Source: an uncultured Alphaproteobacteria bacterium
GTDB taxonomy: Bacteria; Pseudomonadota; Alphaproteobacteria; HIMB59
Reading direction: 5' to 3'
Assembly (NCBI GenBank): GCA_902521485.1
Contig: CABYRQ010000002.1
Span: forward strand, 6,659 to 70,658
DNA length: 64,000 nt
Part shown: positions 27,543 through 38,006 of the stretch, piece by piece
How the letters are laid out: the number at the start of each line of letters is the position of its first letter
How positions within the stretch are numbered: position 1 is the stretch's first letter
Made by a program: the position numbers and the translations under genes
Notes under the pieces: generated by a model
What the model was told of the DNA's origin: nothing
The model's input: only the letters and a program-made list of their open reading frames with translations
Databases searched by the model: none

Positions 27543-29033
27543 ATGAAAATAATTGAAAACTTCTCTGACTCTAAAGGAATATCTAGTAATTCAAAAGACT
27601 TCATAAAATTATATAAACCTAGTACGGGTGAGGAATATGCGCATGTTCCAAAAACAACAAGAGATGAGTTTGAAAAAATTATTAATAAAATGAAATTAGC
27701 ACAACCTTTATGGGCTAATACACCCATTACGAAAAGAAGTGAAATTTTATTTAAATTTAAAAATTTAATTGAAAAAAATTTTGATTTAATAGCAAAAATA
27801 ATATCTGAAGAGCATGGCAAGGTTTTTTCTGATGCTAAAGGATCTTTACAAAGAGGTCTTGAAGTAGTTGACTTTGCATGCGGTATTCCTCATTTATTGA
27901 AAGGAAATCACTCAATTAACGTTGGAACAAACGTAGATTTGTTTGATATTAAGCAGCCTTTGGGAATTTGTGCTGGTATTACACCATTTAATTTCCCAGC
28001 TATGGTTCCAATGTGGATGTTTCCATTATCTATAGCATGTGGAAATGCCTTTATGCTAAAACCTTCTGAGAAAGTTCCTCAATGCTCTTTAAAACTTGCA
28101 GAATTAATGAGTGAAGCTGGTCTACCTGATAACGTCCTCACGGTCGTAAATGGCGATAAAAATATTGTAGATCTAATACTTCAGTGTGAAGATATATCTT
28201 CAGTAAGTTTTGTTGGCTCAACACCTGTTGCTAAGTACATTTACACCGAGTGTTCAAAAACAAATAAAAGAGTTCAAGCTCTTGGTGGTGCTAAAAACCA
28301 TATGCTTATAATGGAAGATGCGAATTTAGAGGATGCAGTAAATGGACTAATTGGAGCAGCTTTTGGATCTGCTGGTGAACGTTGTATGGCAACATCAGTT
28401 GCTATGCCTGTTGGAAATATTCAAAAACCATTTATGGATTTGCTAAAGGAGAAGGCAAGTAAAATCAAAGTTGGGGAGTCTTTAGACCCACAAAGTGAAA
28501 TGGGACCTCTCATTACAAAGGAACACAAACAAAAAGTTCTATCATATATTGAAAAAGGTGTTCAAGAGGGTGCAAAATTAGAGTTAGATGGAAGAGGAAT
28601 TAGTCTTCAAGGTTATGAAAATGGTAATTTTGTTGGTCCTACAATATTTAATAATGTTACTGATGGTATGACTATATACAAAGAAGAGATTTTTGGCCCT
28701 GTTTTATCTGTTCTTAATATGAATAATTTTGAAGAGGCTATAAAACTGATTAATAAACATCAGTTTGGCAATGGCACTTCTATTTATACATCAAGTGGTT
28801 CATTAGCGAGAAATTTTATGAAAAATGTCCAAATAGGAATGGTTGGGATAAATATTCCTATTCCAGTTCCAATGTCTTTTTATACTTTTGGTGGCTGGAA
28901 AGGTTCAATATTTGGTGGTCATGGAATGCATGGAGAAGAAGGGATTAATTTTTATACAAAACGTAAGACAATAACATCGAGATGGCCAGATGATGTCGCA
29001 GGGGCTTCACTCAACATGCCAACTATGAAATAA
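27543..29033 (+). CDS. mmsA: CoA-acylating methylmalonate-semialdehyde dehydrogenase
   Basis: ITPFNFPAMVPMWMFP, KPSEK, GGAKNH, GSAGERCMA, EIFGPV, GINIPIPVP. Confidence 0.93.
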   Translation: MKIIENFSDSKGISSNSKDFIKLYKPSTGEEYAHVPKTTRDEFEKIINKMKLAQPLWANTPITKRSEILFKFKNLIEKNFDLIAKIISEEHGKVFSDAKGSLQRGLEVVDFACGIPHLLKGNHSINVGTNVDLFDIKQPLGICAGITPFNFPAMVPMWMFPLSIACGNAFMLKPSEKVPQCSLKLAELMSEAGLPDNVLTVVNGDKNIVDLILQCEDISSVSFVGSTPVAKYIYTECSKTNKRVQALGGAKNHMLIMEDANLEDAVNGLIGAAFGSAGERCMATSVAMPVGNIQKPFMDLLKEKASKIKVGESLDPQSEMGPLITKEHKQKVLSYIEKGVQEGAKLELDGRGISLQGYENGNFVGPTIFNNVTDGMTIYKEEIFGPVLSVLNMNNFEEAIKLINKHQFGNGTSIYTSSGSLARNFMKNVQIGMVGINIPIPVPMSFYTFGGWKGSIFGGHGMHGEEGINFYTKRKTITSRWPDDVAGASLNMPTMK

Positions 29034-29039
29034 TGAATC

Positions 29040-29321
29040 ATGGACAAATTTAAAGACAGACAAAAAGCCTTTGAAGCAGAGCAAAGCCAAAAAGAGCAAA
29101 CAGAATTTGAAAAAAGAAATTCAAGAAACAAAATCTTTGCTCAATACATTTTAGATGATATTGGACAATCCGATAATTCAGAATTACTGAGAGAAATAAT
29201 ATTATCTGATCTTGAGGAACCAGGAGATGAAGACATAATACGTAAAGCCTTAGATGTATTAGCTCAAAATAATGGTAGCCTGACTAGAGAAGATCTAGTA
29301 AAAAAACTCTCAGAAATATAA
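29040..29321 (+). CDS. DUF1476 / F1Fo-ATPase zeta inhibitor-like protein
   Basis: MDKFKDRQKAFEA...EF...RNK N-terminus and SDLEEPGDEDIIRK. Confidence 0.75.
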   Translation: MDKFKDRQKAFEAEQSQKEQTEFEKRNSRNKIFAQYILDDIGQSDNSELLREIILSDLEEPGDEDIIRKALDVLAQNNGSLTREDLVKKLSEI

Positions 29322-29322
29322 T

Positions 29323-29763
29323 CTACCAAGACCCATTATTTTGCATACTGGCCCAAGGCTCTTTTATTTCAAGGCTCTCACCTTTTTGAAGTAACTCTAT
29401 TGATATGCCGTCTGGTGATTTTATGAATGCCATATATCCATCTCTAGGAGGCCTGTTTATCACAACATCCTTTTTAATAAGATTTTCACAAACTTGATAA
29501 ATATTATCTACTCTAAAAGCTAGATGACCAAAATTTCTGCCACCATTGTATTCTTCCTTGTCCCAATTGTAAGTTAATTCTAAAAGAGGTTTCTTTTTAC
29601 TATCAGCAGTGTCTTTATCATCAGGAGCACAAAGAAAAATTAGAGTAAATCGACCCTTTTCACTCTCTTTTCTCGAGTATTCAATTAGTCCTAATTTATT
29701 ACAATAAAAGTCAAGTGATTGCTCAATATCACTTACTCGAACCATTGTGTGCAAATATTCCAT
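29323..29763 (-). CDS. gloA: Lactoylglutathione lyase (glyoxalase I)
   Basis: YLHTMVRV, LELTYNWD, GRNFGHLAF, SPDGISIELLQ. Confidence 0.92.
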   Translation of the reverse strand: MEYLHTMVRVSDIEQSLDFYCNKLGLIEYSRKESEKGRFTLIFLCAPDDKDTADSKKKPLLELTYNWDKEEYNGGRNFGHLAFRVDNIYQVCENLIKKDVVINRPPRDGYMAFIKSPDGISIELLQKGESLEIKEPWASMQNNGSW

Positions 29764-29805
29764 TAAGATTAAATATCAAAAAATTTTAAATCTGTCTAAA
29801 AATAT

Positions 29806-30678
29806 CTAAAATTGCTTATTGCTTCCAAGGACTATTTTTTTTCGAAGGACAGTTTCACGATAAAAAATATATCCGACTGAAAGTAAAATTAATGGACCTC
29901 CTAGTAGCACCTCTTTCGAGAGAAACTCACCAAAAAAAATATAACCGATGACAAATGCCCAAACAACAGAAGTGAAGTCTAAAGGAGCAAGAACAGAGGC
30001 TTCTGCTAATTGAAAAGATTTTGTAAGACAAAATTGAGCAGTAAACCCTAAAAAACCCGAAGCAATTAGAAAAACTAAGTCTAAATTATTTGGCCATATC
30101 CAATCATCACTATAGAAAAATAAACTTGAAACTGTTCCAAATAAAGTAAAGGCCCATACCGTTAAAATATTATTATTAGTTATTAATATTTTTTTTAGAA
30201 TTATCACTGCCATTGACAAAAAAATACTAGCTAAAAGTGGTAAAACAGAATAGTTGTTTAATAAATTCACGTCCGGTTTCAAAATAATTACTACTCCTAT
30301 AAAACCAATAATAATTGCAATTACCCTCCTATATCCAATTTTTTCACCCAGAAAAAAAATTGATAATATAGATATAAAAAAAACAGATGAAAAACTGATT
30401 GTTTGCATTTCGATCAGCGGAACATATCTAAGAGATATGAAGAAAAGACTCATAGCTGAAATTCCTACTAAACCTCTAAAAAAATGAAGTTTATAATTGT
30501 TAATAGAAGATATTTTTAGATTTAAATAATAAATGACAACTATCAATGGAATAAGAGCAAATAGATTTCTGAAAAAAACTACCTCAAATAATGGTAAGTT
30601 GTCACCTGTTGCTTTTATACATACGCTCATTAAAACAAAAAAAAGGACGGACAAAGACTTGTAGATAAATGCTGACAT
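29806..30678 (-). CDS. EamA/DMT family transporter
   Basis: About 10 TM segments; VFFRN, FFLGEKIG, APLDF...IFFGE. Confidence 0.88.
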   Translation of the reverse strand: MSAFIYKSLSVLFFVLMSVCIKATGDNLPLFEVVFFRNLFALIPLIVVIYYLNLKISSINNYKLHFFRGLVGISAMSLFFISLRYVPLIEMQTISFSSVFFISILSIFFLGEKIGYRRVIAIIIGFIGVVIILKPDVNLLNNYSVLPLLASIFLSMAVIILKKILITNNNILTVWAFTLFGTVSSLFFYSDDWIWPNNLDLVFLIASGFLGFTAQFCLTKSFQLAEASVLAPLDFTSVVWAFVIGYIFFGEFLSKEVLLGGPLILLSVGYIFYRETVLRKKIVLGSNKQF

Positions 30679-30706
30679 GTGGTTAATCTAAATATATTAA
30701 ATATGA

Positions 30707-31492
30707 ATGAATTTACTAATAGTTAATGGATATGACAAAAACGGATGGGGTAAACTAGCTAGATATGGATTACAACCAATATGTGAGTTTTATAGAGACC
30801 AACTAAAAATAATTAATACAAAAATAAAAACTACATTCATTTATCCATCTATGAACTTAGATGAAAATTATGATGAAAGTTTTATCAAATCATTTACCGG
30901 CATTGTGTGGACAGGTTCAAGTCTCAATATTTATGATAATACAAGAGAAATTAAAAACCAAATTTCTCTCATGAAAAAGTTATCAAAGTTAAAGGTAAAT
31001 ATGTTTGGTAGTTGTTGGGGTATGCAACTTTTTACTGTTGCAAATGGTGGCGCAGTTAAAAAAAATCCTAAAGGTAGAGAAATTGGAATAGCCTATAATA
31101 TAAATATTAATAAATATGGTGCGCATCATCCAATGTACAAAGATAAGCCCTTGATATTTGATGCTTTTGCTTCTCATATTGACCATATATCCCAAAAGCC
31201 TAATCGATCTCATGTTCTGTCAGACAATCATTACTCAATTCAGTCTCTTGTAAGCAATAAATTTTGGGGTACCCAATATCACCCTGAATTTAATTTTAAA
31301 TACACAGGACAAATTTTAAATGCAAGAAAAAATATTTTACTCAAAGAAAAACTGTTTAGTAAAAATCAAATACAAGGGTTAATCAAAGACTTTAAAAGAC
31401 CTAATAACAAGAGTTATAGTCAATCTTTGTTAAAAGATACTTTAAGACACAAAGAATTAAAAAATTGGCTAAGTTATTTAAGAAAGAATTAA
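30707..31492 (+). CDS. Class I glutamine amidotransferase-like protein
   Basis: WTGSS, GSCWGMQ nucleophile, QYHPE. Confidence 0.85.
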   Translation: MNLLIVNGYDKNGWGKLARYGLQPICEFYRDQLKIINTKIKTTFIYPSMNLDENYDESFIKSFTGIVWTGSSLNIYDNTREIKNQISLMKKLSKLKVNMFGSCWGMQLFTVANGGAVKKNPKGREIGIAYNININKYGAHHPMYKDKPLIFDAFASHIDHISQKPNRSHVLSDNHYSIQSLVSNKFWGTQYHPEFNFKYTGQILNARKNILLKEKLFSKNQIQGLIKDFKRPNNKSYSQSLLKDTLRHKELKNWLSYLRKN

Positions 31493-32040
31493 TATAATTC
31501 TTTAAATTCTTTTAGATTATTACAAACTGAAAATAAATCTTTAAAGTTTTTATAAGCAAATTTGGAGTTCATTACTTTCTTGTATTGATTAATTATATCA
31601 GACCAATAATTATTATAATTAAACAAAATACATTTTTTACCCTTTATAACACCCAATTGAAGAGCGCTGATTACTAAACTAATTTCTTCTATTGTACCCC
31701 CACCCCCGGGTAAAGCGACAAAACTATCTGACAATTGTAAAAACTTTGTTTTTCTTTGCTCCATTGTTTTCGTAACATATATTTTATTAATTTTTGTGTG
31801 AATTTTCTCACGCTTATCTAGAAAAGATGGGATAATACCAGTTACATGGGCGTTATATTTTAGTGCTGTCTTAGCAACAACACCCATTAATCCATTTTCT
31901 CCACCTCCATAAACAATGTCATAATCATTTTGTGCTAGATATTTTGTAACTGTTATAGCTAAATCTTTAAAATTTTTGTTTGATCCAAACATAGATCCGC
32001 AAAATACGGCAACTTTATGTTTAGAATTTTTCAATTTCAT
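31489..32040 (-). CDS. LOG-family phosphoribohydrolase
   Basis: VAVFCGS, VYGGGENGLMG, LPGGGGTIEE. Confidence 0.9.
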   Translation of the reverse strand: MKLKNSKHKVAVFCGSMFGSNKNFKDLAITVTKYLAQNDYDIVYGGGENGLMGVVAKTALKYNAHVTGIIPSFLDKREKIHTKINKIYVTKTMEQRKTKFLQLSDSFVALPGGGGTIEEISLVISALQLGVIKGKKCILFNYNNYWSDIINQYKKVMNSKFAYKNFKDLFSVCNNLKEFKELY

Positions 32041-32071
32041 ATAGATTTACTGTACAACAATATTAAAAAAA

Positions 32072-32362
32072 ATGACTAAAAAAAATAACATTGAAGAGCT
32101 TAAAAAAGTAAGAAAGAAAATTGATAATATTGATAACAAGATTATTGAGCTGATTGGTGATAGATTTAAAGAAATACACAAAGTCACTAAATTAAAAGAA
32201 AATAGAGAAGAAATAATTGATCACGAAAGAATTACTCATATTTTAAAGTCTGTTCAATCAAAAGCAAAAAAAAATAAAATTGACACTGAAATAATTGTAA
32301 GAATTTGGCAAATTTTTATACAAGAAGCTATTAAACTAGAGTCTGCAAAAATAAAAAAATAA
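32072..32362 (+). CDS. Chorismate mutase (AroQ type)
   Basis: RKKIDNIDNKIIELIGDR...K...D.ER helical motif. Confidence 0.82.
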   Translation: MTKKNNIEELKKVRKKIDNIDNKIIELIGDRFKEIHKVTKLKENREEIIDHERITHILKSVQSKAKKNKIDTEIIVRIWQIFIQEAIKLESAKIKK

Positions 32363-34045
32363 TCACACCAAAACGATTACTAACATTATAAATAAAATTG
32401 ATATTAGAATTGTGCCTGCAAAACTAGGTGTTGTAACTTTAATGTAGGATAAATTACTAAATTTATAAGATTTACTTAATACTTGTTTAAAAGATAAACC
32501 TAAATTTTTATATAAACTATCTGTTAATAAACCTATTTTTTTAAATAAGGGTTTACCAATACCAGGTAACATTTTTCTGTAAAACCAATCAGAATTTAAA
32601 ACAGTTGATCTAATCTCGGAGGGATAAAGTTTAAATTTAACTAAAAATAAAAATGCAATAATTGCAAAAACTAAAAGTTGTAGCTGACTTATTACATGGT
32701 CTAAAGTATAGGGCTGATACTCAACTGCGTATGGAAGTATTTGATACAAATATTTAGGGAATACACCTATAGCAATACATAAAAAAGCAGCGATGCCCAT
32801 TGAAATGAGCATATTAATTGGAGCCTCTTTAACTTTATTCTTCCTCTCGTGTGCAAAAAAAGCAAAGTAAGGAATTTTTATCCCTGAGTGCTCCAAAACA
32901 CCTGCGGATGCAAAGAATAAAATAAAGTAAATTAAAACCATTCCCATACCTCCAAGCGAGGACATTATTAAAGATTTGGCGACAAATCCGCTGAACAACG
33001 GAAATGCAGAAATAGACATGGCCCCTATAATGCAAAATATTGTTGTGAATGGCATGTATTTGTAAAGGCCACCTAATTCAGAAGCTTTTGTTGTTCCAGC
33101 TCTGTATAAAACAGCACCCATACTCATAAACAAAAGAGCTTTATAAATTATATGAACGAACGCATGCGCTACCGTTCCATTAAGAGAAAGTTCTGTCCCA
33201 ATACCAATACCAACAACCATAAAGCCTAATTGGTTATTAAGACTAAATGACAAAACTCTTCTTAAATCATTTTCTATGACTGCAAAAAATACAGGAAAAG
33301 CTGTCATTATAGCACCTATCCAAATCAGTGAGTCAGTGCCTGGAAAAGTTCTAGCTAAAGCATAAATTGCCAATTTTGTTGTAAAAGCAGAAAGTGCCAC
33401 TGTGCCAGTAACCGAAGACTCAGGGTAAGAGTCTTGTAGCCAACCATTTAAAAGAGGAAATGCAGCCTTAATTCCAAAAGCAATAAATATAAAAATTCCA
33501 AAATTTGTTTTTAAATCTAGAACAGCTAAATTATGGTTTCCTGTTTGATATAGCATTAAGCATGCGCCAATTAAAAGTAATACACCTGAAGAAACTTGAA
33601 TGATCAAATATCTCATAGCTGCATCTTTTGCTGCATTTGTATTTCCAGCAAAAACTATAAAGACTGAAGTAAGAGCTGTTGCTTCCCACCAAATAAATAA
33701 ACTAAAAAAATCTCCTGCGTGGAGAGCACCAATAGCAGAGCCTGCATAAGCTAGTGTCGCCATGTGCTCCATTAAATTTTTACTGTGCCAGCTAAAAATT
33801 ATTACAAGTATAGCTGCAATATGAAAAATAATAGCAAATGGAAGAGTTAAACTATCTGATTGATATAATATTAAATTTAAACCAAGTATGTCCCACTCTA
33901 AAAAAGTTCCATAACCATTAAATAAAGATAAAGCTGATAAACCCACCGATAATAACATCGCAGGATGTCTAAAGTATTGAGGAATGGTTGGCAATAAGAA
34001 TGAAGTAATTATCATAATTAAACCGGGAATAAAACTACTGATCAT
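32363..34045 (-). CDS. mrpD: Mrp antiporter-like large subunit (third MrpD-like)
   Basis: FIWWEATA, GIKAAFPLLNGWL, SAFTTK, HIIYKALLF. Confidence 0.85.
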   Translation of the reverse strand: MISSFIPGLIMIITSFLLPTIPQYFRHPAMLLSVGLSALSLFNGYGTFLEWDILGLNLILYQSDSLTLPFAIIFHIAAILVIIFSWHSKNLMEHMATLAYAGSAIGALHAGDFFSLFIWWEATALTSVFIVFAGNTNAAKDAAMRYLIIQVSSGVLLLIGACLMLYQTGNHNLAVLDLKTNFGIFIFIAFGIKAAFPLLNGWLQDSYPESSVTGTVALSAFTTKLAIYALARTFPGTDSLIWIGAIMTAFPVFFAVIENDLRRVLSFSLNNQLGFMVVGIGIGTELSLNGTVAHAFVHIIYKALLFMSMGAVLYRAGTTKASELGGLYKYMPFTTIFCIIGAMSISAFPLFSGFVAKSLIMSSLGGMGMVLIYFILFFASAGVLEHSGIKIPYFAFFAHERKNKVKEAPINMLISMGIAAFLCIAIGVFPKYLYQILPYAVEYQPYTLDHVISQLQLLVFAIIAFLFLVKFKLYPSEIRSTVLNSDWFYRKMLPGIGKPLFKKIGLLTDSLYKNLGLSFKQVLSKSYKFSNLSYIKVTTPSFAGTILISILFIMLVIVLV

Positions 34046-34268
34046 AATAATCCTCCTTCCTCATTAAGAATTTCCTCAGCCACTTTCCTAAAATGACTAT
34101 AAAAACAAAACTTACAAAACCGAAAAATGCTGGGAAGCCATATATCTCGGCAAAGGAAAAGTATTCATGTCTGTGAAAAGTAAAGTCTAAAAAAATTAAA
34201 AGTACTCCGATTATAAGTATGTACTTTGTAAAGCTTTTACCCATACTCTTTAAATCATTTTTTTTCAT
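34035..34268 (-). CDS. Small two-TM protein inside the mrp operon
   Basis: Two hydrophobic segments, C-terminal RKEDYYD; abuts or overlaps both neighbours. Confidence 0.75.
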   Translation of the reverse strand: MKKNDLKSMGKSFTKYILIIGVLLIFLDFTFHRHEYFSFAEIYGFPAFFGFVSFVFIVILGKWLRKFLMRKEDYYDQ

Positions 34269-35720
34269 TTAATTCACTATTACTCCACTAATATTATTCA
34301 AAAAATAGTTTGCATAAAAAAAGAAAACTAAACAGCCTAAACCTGTAATTAATGGTGGCCAAACAGTTAAAGGGGCTTTAATTAATTTTATTTCTTTCTT
34401 AGAGTTTTGGGTGAAACCTATTACTACAGGCTGTAAAAGATAATAAATATTTAGCAATGAGGAAATACCTAAGATTATTGCAACGATTATAAATTCTCTC
34501 TCAATAGAGCCCATGATTAAATAAAATTTACTCCAAGAACCAATAAAGGGAGGAACCCCAATAATAGAAAGAGCCCCTAAAGTGTAAGCAAAAAATATTA
34601 ACGGTAATTTGTAGCCCATACCTTTTAGGTCACTTACCTTTTTAATGTGGGCAGTTACATAAATAGCACCTGCACAAAAGAATAGAGTTATCTTACCTAA
34701 AGCATGAGTTATAATATGAAAAGATGCCCCTTTTAGAGCTAAAGATGAAGCCAAAGCTGCTCCCAAAATAATATAGGAAAGTTGACTTATAGTAGAATAA
34801 GCTAATCTCGCTTTTAAGTCATCTTTTGTTATCGCTATGATACTAGAAGCCATTATAGTGAAACATGCTAACCAGACTAACCAGTCAGAGCTTTTTGTTT
34901 GAAGTAAAAAGTCTGGACCAACAATATAAACAACGACCACAAGAAAGCTAAATACACCAGCTTTTACTACAGCAACGGCGTGGAGTAATGCAGAAACTGG
35001 AGTTGGCGCCACCATTGCAGCAGGCAACCAACGATGAATAGGCATAATTGCTGCTTTACCTATACCAAACACAAGCATAGCTATTAGAAAAGATAGGTAC
35101 TCTGCTGGGAATTTATTCATAAGTATTCCCCCATCTTGAAAATCTAAAGTACCTGTTTTAAGCCAAATCCAAAATATAGCTGGTAAGAAAAATATTAAAG
35201 AGGTACCTACTAAAATCGACAAATAGAGCCTTCCTGCAGATTGCGATTCAGCGTTTTGCTTATGTCCAACTAAAGGGAAAGTTGAAAAAGTTAATATTTC
35301 ATAAAAAATAAATAAGACTAGAAGATTTCCAGACCAAGCTATTGCCAATGCAGCATGGATTGCGATTGAATAAAAAATTACAAATCTTGTTTGATTTTTT
35401 TCACCAGCACCCCTCATATAACCAATAGTGTAGATAGATGCCAGTATCCATAATGAAGATGCCACTAAACTAAAAATAGATCCAAGAGCTGATACTTTAA
35501 AAGCAAAATCTACCCCATCAAAAAGTGTAAAAAAAGTTATTTGATATACCTCATTATTTTGTATTCCGTGAAAAATTTTTAAACTGATTACAAAGGTTAT
35601 GAGACCTCCAATTATACCAAAAGAGTCTCTTAAGTTATTATTATATCTACAGACATAAGAAAATAATGCTGCAAAAAGTGGGATGATAATACCCAGTATA
35701 ATTAAAAACGAATTACTCAA
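34269..35720 (-). CDS. mrpD: Mrp large subunit (MrpA/D-like)
   Basis: FYEILT, WLPAAMVAPTPVSALLHAVAVVKAG, LAYSTISQL. Confidence 0.87.
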   Translation of the reverse strand: MSNSFLIILGIIIPLFAALFSYVCRYNNNLRDSFGIIGGLITFVISLKIFHGIQNNEVYQITFFTLFDGVDFAFKVSALGSIFSLVASSLWILASIYTIGYMRGAGEKNQTRFVIFYSIAIHAALAIAWSGNLLVLFIFYEILTFSTFPLVGHKQNAESQSAGRLYLSILVGTSLIFFLPAIFWIWLKTGTLDFQDGGILMNKFPAEYLSFLIAMLVFGIGKAAIMPIHRWLPAAMVAPTPVSALLHAVAVVKAGVFSFLVVVVYIVGPDFLLQTKSSDWLVWLACFTIMASSIIAITKDDLKARLAYSTISQLSYIILGAALASSLALKGASFHIITHALGKITLFFCAGAIYVTAHIKKVSDLKGMGYKLPLIFFAYTLGALSIIGVPPFIGSWSKFYLIMGSIEREFIIVAIILGISSLLNIYYLLQPVVIGFTQNSKKEIKLIKAPLTVWPPLITGLGCLVFFFYANYFLNNISGVIVN

Positions 35721-37213
35721 TTTTGATAACCTGATATTAAATAGTCTGCGGACAAGTTAGAAAATTCAATTATTGGTGTTGAATATATCCCAAAAACAAT
35801 AATTGAAATTGTAACTATCCATATTGGTAAATAAATATAAGCATCTTCTTTTTCAGATTTAAATTTAATTTCTGAAAACCACATCTGTTCCACTATTTTC
35901 CAAAAATATACAACAGCTAATGCGGAGCTTACCGCAACTAAAGCGATTGAAAGATACATCTGGTTTGTATAAAGAGCTTGAAATAAATATAATTTTGAAA
36001 TGAAGCCATTTGTTAGAGGTAATCCAATTAAAGATAATCCACAAATTAATAAAGCAAATGAAGTTATGGGGTATTTATAGCCAAAACCCTTTAAACTGTT
36101 TAGGGTTACTCGATCCTTATAAAGAATAGCGAAGTAACCAACAGCCATAAATAATCCTCCTTTGATCAAAGCATGATTAAATATATGCACAAAGCCCGAA
36201 GCTACTCCACTGTGGTCTTTAAGGCTAAAAGCCAGTGTGATGTAACCAATTTGCGCAATTGAGGAAAATGCCAAAAGTTTTTTGATATCATCTTGATAGA
36301 TGGCTATTACAGTCCCAATGAATATAGCGAGTAAAGATAGAGGATATAAAACAAAATCTAAAAACAAACTTAAATAGCTCGGATAAATTATGAATACTTC
36401 GTACAAAAGTCTCACAAAAAAATAAAGAATTGTTTTTGTCGCTAAAGCAGCCAAAAGTGTTGAGACAGCTGATGGAGCATAACTATATGCAGGTGGTAAC
36501 CAAATATGGACAGGAAAAATTGCAGCCTTTACCATAAGACCTATAAGCATGAATGACATACCTGCGAAGATAGCTAACTGACCATCGGAATATTGGGCCA
36601 GTTGAATTACAAGATCATTCATGTTCAACGTACCTGTCATAGCGTAGGCAAAGCCAACCCCAATTACATAAAATGTAGCCCCGATCGCCCCGATAATTAG
36701 ATAATTAAAAGCTGCGAGTAATGCTTTTCTATTTTGTCCTGCACCTAAGGCAATTAAAGAAATAGAAGCTAATGCAGATATTTCTAAAAAGACAAATAAA
36801 TTGAAAATATCATTGGTTAAAATAATCCCGTTCAGGCTTCCAACTGCCAATAACCACAAAGAATACGCCTTTCCAGAATCCCTATAGTCAATTTCATTCA
36901 AGAAGATTTTTCTTGAGTAAAATGTTGATACCAAAACAAAAATTGAAAATAACAATTGAAGTCCAATATTCACCCCATCTATTTTAAAAGAAATACCCCA
37001 TGGTGGTTCCCAATTTCCAAACTCATATATAATTAAACCAGAAACAGAAATTTCTTTAAGAAGATGTAAAGATAAAAATAAATGTAACAACAAAGTGATG
37101 ATTGAAATTATCCAAGGCCATATTTTTGACGGCATAAATGCAATAATTGCAGAAATAAGTAGAGGTAAAACTACTACCAATGCAGGAGCATCGTCTAAAA
37201 ATATATCAAACAT
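35717..37213 (-). CDS. mrpD: Mrp subunit D
   Basis: FNLFVFLEI, KAAIFPVHIWLP, NHALIKGGLF, GLPLTNGFISK. Confidence 0.9.
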   Translation of the reverse strand: MFDIFLDDAPALVVVLPLLISAIIAFMPSKIWPWIISIITLLLHLFLSLHLLKEISVSGLIIYEFGNWEPPWGISFKIDGVNIGLQLLFSIFVLVSTFYSRKIFLNEIDYRDSGKAYSLWLLAVGSLNGIILTNDIFNLFVFLEISALASISLIALGAGQNRKALLAAFNYLIIGAIGATFYVIGVGFAYAMTGTLNMNDLVIQLAQYSDGQLAIFAGMSFMLIGLMVKAAIFPVHIWLPPAYSYAPSAVSTLLAALATKTILYFFVRLLYEVFIIYPSYLSLFLDFVLYPLSLLAIFIGTVIAIYQDDIKKLLAFSSIAQIGYITLAFSLKDHSGVASGFVHIFNHALIKGGLFMAVGYFAILYKDRVTLNSLKGFGYKYPITSFALLICGLSLIGLPLTNGFISKLYLFQALYTNQMYLSIALVAVSSALAVVYFWKIVEQMWFSEIKFKSEKEDAYIYLPIWIVTISIIVFGIYSTPIIEFSNLSADYLISGYQN

Positions 37214-37576
37214 TTATTTATCTGACTTTAGCTCCAAAGACTCTATTTCTTTTTCTTCAATTGTTTCGTAGTTCTTGTAAATTTGTAATACTAAAGCTAA
37301 TCCAAGCGCTGAAGTAGCCACTCCAACGACGATAGCGGTCAGTATTAAGACGTGTGGCAATGGATTTGAATAGGCATTTGCCATTTTTGTTAATATAGGG
37401 GCGGTTCCATCTAAAACTTTTGCGAGTGATACAAAAAATACAAAAACTGCAGTTTGAAAAATTGCTAAGCCAACTACCTTTTTTAAATAGTTTTGACTTG
37501 TGATGATTATAAATAATCCGCCAACCATAAGTAAAATAAAGGCAAAATGGTTCCAAAAATAAATAAAATTACTCAT
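37214..37576 (-). CDS. mrpC: Mrp subunit C
   Basis: NPLPHVLILTAIVVG; start set at ATG 37576. Confidence 0.92.
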   Translation of the reverse strand: MSNFIYFWNHFAFILLMVGGLFIIITSQNYLKKVVGLAIFQTAVFVFFVSLAKVLDGTAPILTKMANAYSNPLPHVLILTAIVVGVATSALGLALVLQIYKNYETIEEKEIESLELKSDK

Positions 37577-38006
37577 TAATTTCCCCAAAGGAAGCAAAAG
37601 AGTGATACAAAGCAATCATTACAGTTGCAACTGTAATGCCTACTCCTAGCTCAACTAATATAATACCAATATGTTGACCAGTTGATGGGTCTGATGACAA
37701 AACATTGTAATCTAAATACATCCCATCAAGAAATATTGAAACTATTCCGACACCTGCATATAACAAAACACCTATGCACATTAAATATCGATTGATCATT
37801 ATTGGAACTAAAGTTTCTCCTTTTGAAAGCCCAAATATCATTGAATACAATATAAATGCTGCCGCTACTATTACCCCAGCCTGAAATCCACCGCCTGGTC
37901 CATAGTCACCATGAAATTGAACGTAAAGCCCAAATATAATAATCGGTGCAAAAAGAATTTTGCTAACAACGCTTAATACTGGACTAGATGAAATTTTATC
38001 TCTCAT
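37569..38006 (-). CDS. mrpB: Mrp subunit B
   Basis: HGDYGPGGGFQAG, ELGVG. Confidence 0.9.
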   Translation of the reverse strand: MRDKISSSPVLSVVSKILFAPIIIFGLYVQFHGDYGPGGGFQAGVIVAAAFILYSMIFGLSKGETLVPIMINRYLMCIGVLLYAGVGIVSIFLDGMYLDYNVLSSDPSTGQHIGIILVELGVGITVATVMIALYHSFASFGEINE

